Position numbers and translations under genes: made by a program | DNA from: Octopus bimaculoides | Lineage: Eukaryota | NCBI RefSeq assembly: GCF_001194135.2 | Contig: NC_068988.1 | Coordinates: 5,233,932 to 5,274,972 of the forward strand | Direction: 5' to 3' | Length of the DNA stretch: 41,041 bases | The notes under the pieces: model-generated | Seen by the model: the letters and a program-made list of their open reading frames with translations, nothing else | Database searches by the model: none | What the model was told of the DNA's origin: nothing | Part shown: positions 23,060 to 36,125 of the stretch, one piece after another | How the letters are laid out: each line of letters begins with the position of its first letter | Position numbering within the stretch: position 1 is the stretch's first letter

Positions 23060-24900
23060 AATGTCATCATCATCATCGTCAACAACAACATTAGATTGTC
23101 TCTGAGTTAAAGTAACTAAATGTAACCTTCCCTAGATGCTGAGAGTTTTCCTGATCATATAATCTTCACATCCTTGGGATATTCAGTTCTTGACACCTCC
23201 TTCTTAATCTATGACTTCGTCACAGCCAACATGTTTGGGATTCTCACCAGGTTGTATCATGTTTTTGATTTTCAACAAAGTTTTCCGAATATTTCTCAAA
23301 AACATCTCTGCCAGATAATGGATACACATATCTAATTGTTTTTTAGTATGATTAATATTTTAATCATGCGGCTGCTGGTAATCTCCAAAGGTAAGGAGAA
23401 GTAATATTTCTGGTTTTAGACATCCATTTCCGTAAATTCTATGTTTTCTGGGTCGGTATGATTTATAAGATTTATAATAATTTATAAGAGGAATAACAAG
23501 TTATCTCCTTGCAGAATGTCTATAGAATGTCAGATTTATTTGGTTTGTCGTCACCTTTCTGGTTTGAAAAGTTTATAAGTCTTGCTTAGGATGCTACGTA
23601 GCAGCAGCAGTGGTTGCTCAATTATAACTAATTGTAATGTGGTAAACAATCAAAGATATTTTTGTGCTCTTTCCTCACTATAATCAAATTCACACAGTTC
23701 TTTACTGATTCTTCTTGTATCAATCCAGTCCCCATGCTTCATTTTAACTCAGTATTTAAGTGATACTATAGCGTTACTTCCATATTGAAGTACTCGTTAT
23801 ATACATGATGTTCTGGTAGGTCACTTGGCGTAAAGTTTTAGCTTCAGTAGTGTGGTTATTGTTTCCAATGAGAAGAGGAAGAGAAATTTCCAACCATTTG
23901 AGCTGTCTAACATATCTTTCCGTACAACGTTATGAAATGTGGTCAATAAAAGGTTAGATTATTTTGCCAATATCCCGCTATTAGATCTAGAAATGAACAT
24001 TTTCTATTTAGCATTTCTTTATAACTCAGTACTTTGCCATTAATTTCATATTGTCATCGTTCAACATATTTTCATTAGCTCTGCTCTTGTTCCTGTATCT
24101 ATACAGCTTGTTTATGGAAATATCAATTCTCTTCATATAATATTTCAGTAGATTTCAATTTTGATTTAGCATCTTTGTCGGACACCGATTTATAATTTGT
24201 TACGTTGGTTTCGTTTTTACTTTTCGGATGTGGCTGTAAGATCTTATTTCAGTTGAGTTAGTTTACAGTTTATGGTTTCAAATTTACTGTTTCTAGATTT
24301 TGACCCTAATAACCATAGACCCTAATAACCATAGACCCTAGAGGGTTTAAAAGCCTACCACAAAGTCGGCGAGTTTATAACATATAATCTTGAACGTTAC
24401 CAACATAAAATCCAAAAGCAAGAAATCCCCATCAAATATTTTCCACACAAAAGACAAAATGCATCAGTCAATAAGAAATACGTTTCTAATTTCTCTTTTT
24501 AATATTTTTATTTATTTGTAAATGTCAAATCTGGGATATCCATCACAACTGCTAAAATCAGAGAAATCTTTCTTCGCAGAAATTTTTTCTTTCAAGCGAC
24601 GGTTTCATTTTCATTTAGAATATGCATTTTCATTTTGATCATGCTGCTTCAGCTCCTCGCGTAAGTTAACAATGTGATTATCTAAACCCATTTCAGGAGA
24701 TTTTGAGTTTCGTATGTTGATTTTACACTCATTAATTAATTATCTTCCCGGCAATTTCCTGTAATTTCATTTAACTATATTTAGTTTCATTTATATTATG
24801 TTTCCTCTTTATTTTCTTTTGTTTTGAATGACCTGTCTTTCAGTTGGACATTCTGTGTCTATTGCAACATATCCTAAATTTTTGAAGAGGGTTATAGAGA
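23060..24900 (-). mobile_element. Heavily decayed, internally deleted R4/Dong-type element
   Basis: Manual translation finds LLTYARS...KKFLRRKI (N-terminal), DLIAGYWQNNLTFY and TLRQVTYQNIMY (match 18290-18835), DWIDTRR, ILQGDNLLFLL, MIRKTLSI* (C-terminal) and a trinucleotide tail at about 23065-23090. Confidence 0.65.
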
Positions 24901-25732
24901 TTTTGGTATCCTGTTCAGCCAGGGATTAAGATGAATTAAAGTTGGCAACAGCAAAACGGGTCTTTTGTGGCCTCATATTAGCTTTTGTGATTGTCTACCC
25001 CTAGTTCGAATGCTATAATAGCGTGTGTTACTACAATATTGTTGTGTTAGTCTGTTTTGATTTGGGTAATCAATCTCATAATCACTTTAATCTGTTAGCT
25101 ATATCAAGCCTATGAGTTTGATTTTCTTCATAATAATTCTGTATCCGTATAATAGCAATAACTTAAACCTCAGAATGCAAATGTATCCCTCATCTAAACT
25201 TTATTGAAGTTTTAACACTAGTTTAATCTATGCCAGAAGTTACATCTGGCGTGAAGGAGGCGTAAACTTTTAGGTATGATTATTTCATCTCTTGTTGTAT
25301 GTAAGTTTAATTAGACGATGACGATGTATAAAAGTTTCGAAAAATGTTTGTCGGTATTAGAGTTTAAATTATTCAAATTTTCGGATTTCTTTTCTAAGAT
25401 TTAATTCCAAAATGGCGCCCAACCTTATAGAGTTAAGATAAGTTGAAAGTGTGATTAAAGCGATGTGTATCCTATTTATTTATATATGTTACAATATGTG
25501 TCACGTTTAATTATGGAGTGAAAAATGTTCGGCTAAAAACTTACCTGGATTCTGTAGTTCAACGTTGTTATGATTCATACTGCCTTATTATAAACGATGT
25601 ACATACGCCCGAATATTGAGCTAATCACTGCGGTCAACATGCCATCTGTGTGAGTGTATGTATTTATGTATATACATACGTAGATGCGTGTATACATGTA
25701 CGTAAATGTATATATACACGCATATATATATA

Positions 25733-26304
25733 TGAGGAGAGTTGGGCCATTGAGAAAATAAAACTCAATCCCAAAATGTTCTTTACATTTGCGAAAAACA
25801 CATAAAGACGCTGTTTCCACTGTTGGTCCTCTGGTTGACAAGAACAAAACTCTACATGATGATGCAAAATCCATGCGCGAGATACTGCAGAGACAATACT
25901 GCTCTATCTTCAGTAACCCTGATGCGGTTGATCTGGCTAGTATCAGCGACGCAAACCCTCAACTAACCATATCTGACATAATTTTTGGTGCTCCTGATAT
26001 CCTAAGAGAAATAAATAAGATCAAGCACAACTAGGCAGTAGGTCCCGGCCACTGTCTTCTAGATGTGTCGACATCAAATTACACCCCCTCTAGCTGAGCT
26101 CTGGAGAAACTCACTTGATGCAGGCTACATTCCTGGTCATTTTCTTTCTCAGTCTGTCGTTCCAGTCTTCAAAAAGGGAAACAAATCACTTGCATTGAAC
26201 TACCGTCCGATTTCGCTCACTTCTCATATTAAAGTATTTGAGAGGGTGGTGAGATCGTTAATAACTCACTTCCTCGAAGACAACAATCTGCTGAACCCCA
26301 GCCA
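25733..26304 (+). mobile_element. N-terminal RT fragment of a CR1/L2-type LINE
   Basis: EESWAIEKIKLNPKMFFTFAK...GPLVDKNKTLHDD..SMREILQRQYCSIFS...*AVGPG...LWRNSLDAGYIP.....SVVPVFKKGNKSLALNYRPISLTSHIKVFERVV...HFLEDNNLLNPSQ. Confidence 0.88.
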
Positions 26305-27679
26305 GAGAGAGATTACTAAGAAAGAGTATAAATATGAATATAAATATAAACCGCTTCAGGGTTTATATTTTTTTATTATTATTCAGAAAGGCCTTTTTCT
26401 TATGAGTGACAGAGCATATGAAATATCTCCATATAATCCTTTTTTTTTTTTTTCATTTTAAGTATCCTAGTAGATAGCGCCATTTCGCCCTTCTTATGGG
26501 CACCTCAGTACAATATAACTTAGGATCATAAAATTTATTAGTCTAAATTCATTTAAGGCGTTTAGGAATTATATGCGATCGATTTTCTTTACTTTCTTTT
26601 CTTACTCTTTTAACAGTGAAGAAAATGAATGAAGAGATAGAGGCAGGGAAATGAAAGCCTCAGTCATTTAAAATTAAAATTAAAATTAATCGATATTTTC
26701 TATTTTCTATACTTTTAACAGTGGAGAAGAGACGAAAAGGAATATATATATATATATGGCGCGACGTATATGTAATTTCAATTTAATGCTCTTGCATTAA
26801 ATCAACATAAGATAAACTAAATAAAATTAAAATTTATGTGTTGCAGGCTTCAGCTTAGAGTTTGTCATGCTATTAGATAATAAATCACTTCATTATCAAA
26901 TTTAACTTACTAGTTAATTAGTTATTTTAAGTAAAACTATTCAATTTGTTTATCGTTCAACACTTTAGGCAGAGCATATCGCCTGAGATACATGTTTTTA
27001 TTGCATGTAACCATTCGGCAATGCATGATGTTCAAACATATTTTAAATAATAACTGAGCTAGTGAAAAGGGAATATTAAAAAAATAGCTACAAATAATGA
27101 TTTGCAAAGGGAGAAACAATACAACTGTTTTATCATTATTGTATTTCAGTTTCTTAGCCATAAATATTCAATATGTTACACACAGAATTATTCTTTATTT
27201 TTACGATTTTCCGTTGACAGAAAGACTCTGGTCATATTGGTCATATCAAACAAGATCTAAAACGCACATATTAAATGCTTTCATAATATCATTATGCAAA
27301 TGTGTTATGAGTATGCGTGTGTGTTATAAGGCTGTTTCCATATACGTAATGGCAATTAACTTTGTTACGACATAGGATGTCCTGATGACTTACGTCGATT
27401 TATTGTCTATCAGTTTCAGGTTACAATTCTCTCTTCGCATAATAATTAAATAGATCACTTTCTTACCGAAAGCTCCCTTTTTATTCAGGTACTGTTAGTG
27501 ATCTCAGTCACAAAAGTTTACAAATGTATTTGGAGTGACATATTGAGAAATTGCTTTGCGCAAAGAATGTCAGATGAATATAGGTGAGAGGCGAACTTAG
27601 GGAAAGAAGGAAAATAAAACAAATACAGAGTACACAGGCAGGCTGAAGCATTGATATAATGAGCGTCCATTAGACTGTT

Positions 27680-28100
27680 ATGTCATTTCGATATGCATGG
27701 CCAGCCGTTGTGCGTGCAACATCGTTGTTCCTCCCTGTGTCTGTGAAATCTTGTATTCCTGCCGTAAGGCCTTATTTCCACACACGCCAGCTTTATTTAA
27801 TTCGTCCTTAGTCGAAAGACATCTGTTGTGATGTCGTTTTATTATTTTTATTGTATTTGTGTAACATTGTTCGTTTTTTCCGTCCTTGTTTTGTATACAT
27901 TCGCTGCTTTCTTCCAAGGAATCTAATGCTCTTAGCTTAGTTTTTCCTTGGGGCTGGCCAGATTGGAGCAATATCGAGAATAACCAGCCGAAATTACAAG
28001 GATAATCTGGATCTCGACTGAAGAAAGAGGACTCCGAATGACCTGTCTGTGTTTTCTTTGTATCGTCTATCTGGATGTTTTGTGTCCTTGTTCCATTCTG
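27680..28100 (+). repeat. Interspersed repeat, recalled as high-copy in octopus and possibly a PLE terminal repeat; followed by (TA)/(TACA)n to 28236
   Basis: Similarity to a remembered repeat consensus (unverified); contains ctgaaga...ccgaatgacctgtc. Confidence 0.45.
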
Positions 28101-28120
28101 CATTATTTATATATATAAAT

Positions 28121-28167
<47 letters not shown>

Positions 28168-29530
28168 AACATATATACATACATACATACATACATACAT
28201 ACATACATACATACATACATACATACATACATACATTAATCTGCATTAATTATGCATAATGATGTATGTTGACATAGCTATAAATCTCAGAAGATTCTTG
28301 GTTTTGAAAAATTGTAATCTGCATCAAACCAATCCAATCTGCTGAACTACGAAATAAATCAATAAGTGACCAGTCTTCTTAAGAGAGACAAATTCTTCTG
28401 AACAACGGAAATTGTTTTATCTCCCTCTTATTATTCCTGTTCTGTAATCAAATATTTTCAACTGACACTTAGCTGTTTTTCCCTCTTTCAGATCTCCTGT
28501 TACCATATCTTGTGATTGGTAGAATAAAAAGAAAAGTTGCCAAATCAAAGTTAATGTATTACGAGAATGGTTTAATTTCTTCTATTTCCCTCATTTTATA
28601 AACAAGCACAAGTTTCTAGTCCTGTGTTTTCTAGTAACGTGCCTATTGGTATTAGTTTATAAACTACAATTCCAGTTTGCACTAATTCATTGGGCATGTT
28701 TGTAGACATAGACATTTGAGTTATGTTTATAAAATAGGGTATCGATCTTATTTCCTATCGGAAATCAAATATTATAATTTGACATACAATAGGAAGCGAG
28801 TGAAATTTCTCTCCTCTGCTTCGATATCTTCATCTCTTTTGTACACTTCTTTTGGTTTTCTATTTTGTTTCTTTTCATTTCTCCTCCAATCTCTTCCATG
28901 CATAAGTTGTTGTTATTTTACTGTGTTGGTCATACAGTTAGTAAGAAGACATAAAGGAAACAAAATTAGAGTTCTAAACACGTTATTGTATATGTCTGCT
29001 AGTAAGAATCGTTTTTCTTCTGCTTAGCGCCAACAATGCCAGATAAAATGGCACTGCTAGACTGGAAACGTAAAGAAACCTGAAAATATTATCGATCTGA
29101 TGTATTGTTATTGATACAAGCAAATTTCTTCGCTACCGAACTTTGCTGAGTAAAATGCTATTTTCCGTTATATGGTTCATATTTTCATGTTATGGTTCAT
29201 TAACTTAAAATGCATTGGATGTTATTCATCTTTCTTTCAAGATAAAGAATCAATAGATACTATTGGTAATAAAGTAAGTCTCTTTAGTAACAAGATAACG
29301 CCGTCCGATAGAAGTGATAGAAGCTACAAACTAACAGTGATGTCGACGGTATGTTAGCAGTAAGTCTAACATCAATTCCAGAATTAAAGAAACTGACACT
29401 AATAAATATATACTAGTAAATGTATGCTATAGACTTGAAATAATTAGAAACCTCCAATGAGCTCCTAATATTTTGCTTAAAAAATTCAGGTGACAAAAAT
29501 TTTCTTAATTTTAGCAATTTGGTGGAAATG

Positions 29531-29695
29531 ATAAGTCAACTACATCGACCCCAGTGTTCAGTTGGTACTTATTTTATCGTCTCCGAAAGATCAAAGGCAA
29601 AGTCAACCTCGGCGGAATTCGAAATCAGAAGTAGTCGGACGAAATGCTGGAAAGCATTTTACCCGGCGTGCTAACGATTCTGCCAGCTCGCAGCC
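29531..29695 (-). mobile_element. tRNA-type SINE, copy A
   Basis: Reverse complement aligns to copies B and C (gcgagctggcagaatcgttagcacgccggg...gaattccgccgaggttgac...aagtaccaact). Confidence 0.85.
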
Positions 29696-29726
29696 ATAAT
29701 AGGAGAAATAATATTAACAAAGAAAA

Positions 29727-29948
29727 AGCGGTGAGCTAACAGAATCGGTAGCACGCCAGGCGAAATGCTTAGCGGTATTTTGTGTGTCTTTACGTTCTGA
29801 GTTCAAATTCCACCGAGGTCGACTATGCCTTTCCTCCTTTCGAGGTCAATAAATTAAGTACCAGTTGCGTATTGGAGTCGATTTAATTGACTGCCCCCCC
29901 ACACACACACACACCAAAAATTTCAGGCCTTGTGTAGAAAGGATTATT
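29727..29948 (+). mobile_element. tRNA-type SINE, copy B
   Basis: Head gtgagctaacagaatcggtagcacgccagg, B-box-like gagttcaaattcc, body ...aagtaccagttg, tail caggccttgtgtagaaaggattatt. Confidence 0.85.
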
Positions 29949-29958
29949 TCATTTATTA

Positions 29959-30150
29959 AGGCAGCGAGCTGGCAGAATCGTTAGCACGCCGGGCAAAAAT
30001 GCTTAACGGTATTTCATTCGTTTTTACGTTCTGAGTTCAAATTCCGCCAAGGTCTATTTTGCCTTTCATCCTTTCGGGATCGATAAAATAAGTACCAGTT
30101 GAGCACTGAGGACTTATCCCTCTCCTTGTGTCAAAATTTGAAACCAATAT
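29959..30150 (+). mobile_element. tRNA-type SINE, copy C
   Basis: A-box-like tggcagaatcg and B-box-like gagttcaaattcc; aligns with copies A and B. Confidence 0.85.
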
Positions 30151-30589
30151 TATTTCGTTTATGAGCTAAATGCAGCTATGAACAATATTGTAGAAATCAT
30201 TCACGCATCGTGTTTTAAATAAATTAATACAAACACTTAAAACGTTAGCTCAACTTCAATGTTATATTTTTAAGAAGACAAATTATTCAGTTCTAGAACT
30301 AAATTGCAGTTACTAATTCTTTGTGTATAAACATTTGATTCTCGTAACACACATGAAATGCTTACATTTTACGATTTTCATTAAAGACCGAGCACTACAA
30401 GATTCTAGCTCTTTTTTTTTTTTTTTGTATATGTTTGTCCCATTTCAGACACATAAGAGGTTAAAGGATTGATAGTTCAAATCACTAGCAATCTGCTGTG
30501 TTCATGTCATGTCATAATTGCTGCTGCCCAATTCAAACTATCAATAAAGTATATAGTTTGTCTATCACTTCCACTAAGGGGTTGAAGCC

Positions 30590-30790
30590 TGGGTCTTTTC
30601 CTCTTGTCACCCATTCTTTGTCTCAGATCGAGTCTTCGTACAAACCCATTTTCCTAGTGTCTACCTTCTCCCACAGATGTTGACTTACATATGTTGAATC
30701 TAAACATCATCTGTATCACTATCAGCAGTATCGAAGAGTCTGCAGAGTTCTTGCTCACTCGACCTTCTTCCTGCAAGGAAATGGTTGAAA
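30590..30790 (-). pseudogene. Possible decayed N-terminal piece of a hATm-like transposase
   Basis: RRSSEQELCRLFDTADSD then, in a shifted frame, QHLWEKVDTRKMGLYEDSI*DKE; resembles recalled LxxLFDIA and FLxDQRxxRKM..G.D motifs; unverified. Confidence 0.3.
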
Positions 30791-32749
30791 AACAATAACA
30801 GAGAACTTCACTGTATAATTCAGGTGTAAATGTAGCTGTGCACATGTATTCGTAATGAATTAATACTAACTCATGAATAACACGATTCCATTGTGTTAAT
30901 ATTGTGGATAACACAACGGACGGCTTTATTAAATGAAGCCGTACATATTCTTTATTTATCTTCATGTCGAAATATTTCTTTCGTAAAAAAGGAATTACTA
31001 ATCTCCAACGAAAGTGAAAAGACAAGATACTATATGAAAATGTTGAAATATTAGAATGAATTACTACTGTGATGGACAAATTTATATACAATTGAATAAG
31101 AAAATAAAGGAAACGCTCGTCGAAAGACAGAAATATATGCTATTGTACTAATCTTGATACACGATAGGGTATCATACTAATGATATACATCACCAGTCTT
31201 TCTACTCCCAGTCATTTCTTGATAGCAATGATACTACTGAGGAAACTAATCAACATTGGATGTCAGTAATTACATCTTCCTGTGGAGAACCAACGCATTT
31301 AAATATCAGAAACTTAACTCGATAAAATTCGATATATTCTTATTAGGCGTTAGGCATTGTATCTAAAAGAAATAAAGTGAAACTAGAGATACAGAACATC
31401 TCCGGAAAGTAAAACTTCAGTAGCTTACCTTTATTATTGATAAACATTACATGGCTAAAGATGTTAAACACGTTGAAAACATTTCAGGATCCCCGCGCAT
31501 GTATTACGTAAGTTTGCTGCATAAAAACTGAAGTTTTCTTCCCAGATCCAGAAAATATTTCATTACTGACGACTAACTTAAAAATAAGCAACTAATAATA
31601 TAGTATGATAAGCTAAATCACCAATACATACCTCTCCCTGGAATCTGGCAAATTCTTATTTCTGTTAACATTTTTATTATTGTGGACGATGGAATGACAA
31701 CTAAATTATATGTTTTTGTTCAAATTCTGTTAATGTTACCTTTTCCTTTTATCTGGAATCGATAAACTAGATACCAGACATATGTTGATATCGTTTTGAT
31801 CGATCTTTCATATCACCAGTATTTTGTACTTTTGTGTAAGAATAATAAATCATTATTTTATACTTCCATCGTTAATACAATTGTATTCACATCAACGTTT
31901 GAGTTAACAAAAGAAAGAAATCATCACATGACATTTTGACGTGATTAATCACTATTGCTTTAACACACGTGAAAACGTATACACACAGATACGTTATATA
32001 TATACATATATGTATGTATGCATGCATGCATGTGCACGTGTGTATGCATGTATGTATATAGTATGTAAATAGAGAATATTGCATGAGAAACTGCTTTTAT
32101 GACAACTCCAAGAGGGTTAAAAGTTTGAGACGTTTTCGTTAAATGAAGTATTACAATATTTTTAATTATAAAGTGAAACGGCGTCATTTGAAAGTATAGC
32201 AGTCGCTGTAATATTAAACGGTAAATAAAGTTTTATTTCATGACATGCCTTTTACATATCCTAATTTATTGTAACGTCAAATTTTTTTGTCATCAAAAAT
32301 ATCCAGCTTAAATTCTTTGATATCTCGTGTCATTGATTATTGAAAATTTGTTTTCAATGCTAACACGTCTTATGCAATTACAGATCTTGCTATGCATTTT
32401 AATTACCAACAGAGATTCTGTATGCGAGCAGACTGATATTTCATTTCATTTATCAGCATGTAATTTTTTTTTTCATTTCAGTGTAATTAGATTTCAATTT
32501 TAATAAAACCTGGGAAAATTAATTAGAAATGTTTTCTCTAATTAGATCTAAATAGTGTAATAACATTTTCTCGCCGATTATATAAGTATCTTACTTATCT
32601 CTGGTATTTTGCAAGTCGATATATTTCTCTTTATATTTCATTCTTGTTGAGGTAATGATAAACAAACGACAAGCCAACCATAAAGAAATTTTATTTCCTT
32701 CACAGTTCAGTTTGTGACGAAGACAGTTAAACAGATATTACAATAAAGT

Positions 32750-32799
32750 CTATACATACACACATACACGTACATACACACGCACGCACGCACGCACAC

Positions 32800-32845
<46 letters not shown>

Positions 32846-32910
32846 NNNNNNNNNNNNNNNNNNNNNNNNNNNNNNNNNNNNNNNATATATATATATATAT
32901 ATATATATAT
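32750..32910. repeat. (CA)n and (TA)n microsatellites around a gap (N 32846-32884)
   Basis: Direct inspection. Confidence 0.9.
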
Positions 32911-32964
32911 AGATGTACTTGCATACCAAGTGACCTGATCTGAGATCGTGTGCTGGAACGAAAA

Positions 32965-33024
32965 CAATTGCAACGTGGAAGGTGTTTATAAGCCGGCTTA
33001 TAAACACCTTCCACGCTGCAATTG
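32965..33024. repeat. 60-bp spacerless palindrome (one mismatch)
   Basis: caattgcaacgtggaaggtgtttataagcc | ggcttataaacaccttccacgctgcaattg. Confidence 0.95.
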
Positions 33025-33864
33025 CTATATATATATATATATAAGCATCTATTCCTAGTTATTGATTGTATGTCAGAAAACTATTGGTGAAGGCTGAAAT
33101 TATAAATATTATTTGCTTATTCTCTCATTTATGTACATTTTTCAATATCATTATTGTACAGTATTCCATCAACACTGTCCATATGATGCCAGTGTTGAAG
33201 TTTAAAAGTCACCCAACTTTTGGCTCCTAAAAAAACCGAGCTCACATCACATAACAACATTACAACATTTTTTTTTTACTTCAACTGGTCGTGCGTTATC
33301 AACATTTCCTCTCGCCATCCGAAAAGAAATATAATAGGAAGAAGACATCATGACATTCGACAAATTTCTCCAAGAAATACCAAACAACCGACACTCGGAT
33401 ACATTTCGATAAGCAACAAATTTCTATTCAAGTGAGCTATGGTTTCCTAAAACATGTCTTAAAAGGTTGTTCCATAGAGTTAAACATGGCTTGAGCCAAT
33501 AATGGTCAAAACCTAACTTACTAACAATTCTTGCTATGCATCGAAATCATATTTGTAAAAATTATCACAAATACGACCGCGCTCTGCGCATTTGGTTTTA
33601 ATTATTCATCGTTCTTTGACAAAGGAGAAAATAGATGCCACTAAAATCGAATTTTATGTGTTACTATACTTGTGCCAACACAATAACAGTTCCGACTGTG
33701 AAAGAACATAAATAACTTTCATGACTAGTTTATACATTATACCGCATTTGTTTTATGAAATGAAATTTATGTCGAAATATAATGAAATTTACTTTATTTT
33801 AGACAGATATCAAATAAGTGTAATAGCATTACTTATAAATAAGGTACACAACCATTTTATTATT

Positions 33865-34320
33865 GTTCTTGTTGTTGTTGCTGTTGCTGCTACTGTTGTT
33901 GTTGTTGGTAGTGGTGTGATGGTGTTGTTGTTGTTGTTACCAGATTAGACTGTTGGAAAAGAGGAATTCCTGACACGGGCAACAAGTAACCTTAGCTGCC
34001 AAGAACCCTCCAAAGTATCCTAGCTGTCCCTAATAACCCTGTTTTCTAGAGTTTTACTTAACTGGATTTTATGCCTGTTTCCTCCTTCCATCTGTTCAAA
34101 TTTTAGGGATAGTTCCTAATACACCTATAACTACTGGGATACATTTTACCTGCACTCTCCACAGTCTCTGTAACTCAATGGCTAGGTTCTAGTACTTTGC
34201 TATTTTCTCTATACCTCTCATATTGACTTTCTGATCATTTGGGACTGTAATGTCAATTATCTGGCACTTATTATCATTATTTTAGTTGGGCTCATTTTCG
34301 GTATTATTCATGGTAGGAAT
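33865..34320 (-). mobile_element. 3' end of an R4/Dong-type LINE (restriction-like endonuclease C-terminus, 3' UTR, (CAA)n tail)
   Basis: KCQIIDITVPNDQKVNMRGIEKIAKY*NLAIELQRLWRVQVKCIPVVIGVLGTIPK...LLGTARILWRVLGS*, followed by a (CAA)n-type tail. Confidence 0.88.
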
Positions 34321-34451
34321 TGTGTGTGTAGCACAATTATCAGAGGCACGATTTTTACTGTTCTTATGCTCCAAATTCTTCCTATTTTAAATTTTAATTG
34401 GTTGTATTTTTTTCGTCATCTTTCTTTACGATCCTGGAATCAAACAAGCAT

Positions 34452-34557
34452 GGGTGTCTTCAACTATAGCCTCGAACCGACCAAAGACTCGTGAATGAAT
34501 TTGGTAGACGGAAACTGAAAGAAGCCAGTCATATATATATATATATATATATATATA
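34452..34557 (+). mobile_element. Second SINE family, 5'-truncated left part ending in (TA)n
   Basis: gtgtcttcaactatagcctcgaaccgaccaaagac...ttggtagacggaaactgaaagaagcc-(AT)n matches a recalled octopus SINE consensus (unverified). Confidence 0.7.
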
Positions 34558-35446
34558 CAGGGTGTTTCAAAAAATTTGATATCATCTCGCAATCTAATAA
34601 TTTTGCCACTTCTTGTTCAAATGACTTCAAATTTTAACAGCATGTGTAGAAACAGGTCATAATTTTATATTTAATGTTTAATATGTATCTCTCTTCAGGT
34701 AGAGAAATGGCATTCGCTGGAAGAGAAAAGGTGTTTTGTGTGTTGGAGTATGCTCGGACACTGTCGAACAAGACTGTGCAGCGTGCATTTGTGGGAGAGT
34801 TCTCTAAAAAGTCACCAACGGCAATGCAGATTTGGACATGGTACAAAAAATTCAAAGAGAAAGGCTGTCTGTGCAGGGCAAAAAGATCTGGACAGCCATT
34901 AACATCGGAGGAGACGGTCAAGCGGGTTCGCCAAAAACTCTTATGAAGCCCCAAGAAGTCCATAAGATGAACAAGTCTGTAAACACAGATTCTTCCAATG
35001 ACAGTTTAGCGAGTCCTCAGAATACGCTTGCCAATGAAACCCTACAATCTGCAGATCGTTTAGGACATAATGGCAGATGACAAGCGAAAGCGCAAATATG
35101 GGGCTATGCGAAGGGCCTGGTCTATGTCCCCCACTCTTCTTGCAAACCTAGAGGAACTTGAGTAGAGAATCACTACCGTACTGAAGACTGTTACCCAAGA
35201 CATGCTGGGCGTGTTTGAGAGGAGCTGGACTACCGACTTGACGTGTGCCGTGTCTCAGGTGGTGCGCATATTGAACATTTGGGAAATCGTTCATGGAATC
35301 TACATACCTTAGAATTTCACATTCAAATTTGAAGGAATAAATCTTATGCTGCTCAACATTAAGCCTGTTTAGTTTCATTTGCTTTGACTATGCATTTTCT
35401 GTGATATTTACATCTCAAATTATATCAAATTGTTTGAAATACCCTG
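34558..35446 (+). mobile_element. Internally deleted Tc1/mariner-superfamily element (889 bp) with 24-bp TIRs
   Basis: Left TIR cagggtgtttcaaaaaatttgata; right tatcaaattgtttgaaataccctg (2 mismatches); TA left, CA right. Encodes MAFAGREKVFCVLEYARTLSNKTVQRAF...WYKKFKEKGCL (DUF4817-like HTH) and C-terminal ELDYRLDVCRVSGGAHIEHL; the catalytic middle is missing. Confidence 0.9.
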
Positions 35447-35447
35447 C

Positions 35448-35484
<37 letters not shown>

Positions 35485-35899
35485 NNNNNNNNNNNNNNNN
35501 NNNNNNNNNNNNNNNNNNNNNNNNNNNNNNNNNNNNNNNNTATATATGTGTGTGTGTGTGTGTATGTATGCTTGTTTGTTTGTATGTATGTATGCATGTA
35601 TATATGCATGCATGTATGCATGTATGCATGTATGCATGTATGCCTGTATGTATGCATGCATGTATTTATGTGTGCGTGTGTGTGTGTGTTTGTGTCTGTG
35701 TTTGTCCCACTACCACCATTGCTTGACAACCGATGTTGATGTGTTTGCGTCCCCGTAACTTAGCTGTTCAGCAGAAGAGAATGATAGAATAAGCACCAGG
35801 CTTACAGGGAATAGGTCAAGGGGTTGATTATTTCGACTAAAGGGCAGTGCTCGAGCATGGCCACCATCAAATGACTGAAACAAGTGAAAGAATAAAAGA
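35447..35899 (+). mobile_element. Second SINE family, right part (internal microsatellite with gap 35485-35540, then 3' body)
   Basis: gtttgtcccactaccacc..gcttgacaaccgatgttg...cgtaacttagc...aataagcaccaggcttac...gactgaaacaagtgaaagaataaaaga matches the recalled consensus continuation of 34452-34557. Confidence 0.7.
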
Positions 35900-36125
35900 A
35901 ACCAAGAAGGTTCTTTGAATATGTACGATGTATTTTAAGGCTAAATAGTAATTCTGTTTGCGTAACAGATATTTTGTTTGGATTACATAGTTGTCGGTTT
36001 TGCACTACTTTCTATATTCTGTAACTGTCACAATATAGAAATATTTCTCATGGCACCAGCACACAATATACAGATGCTTACATTTTCTATATTTTCAGTG
36101 GAGTTTTAACGGGTCCAGCTAGTTC

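Noticed and set aside
24302-24340. 16-bp tandem repeat gaccctaataaccata, superficially telomere- or CRISPR-like
   Set aside because: Only about 2.4 contiguous copies with no spacers and no true TTAGGG array; a simple slippage duplication.
29959-30045. A-box and B-box-like motifs suggesting a tRNA gene
   Set aside because: No cloverleaf could be drawn, and the sequence continues into a SINE body present three times locally.
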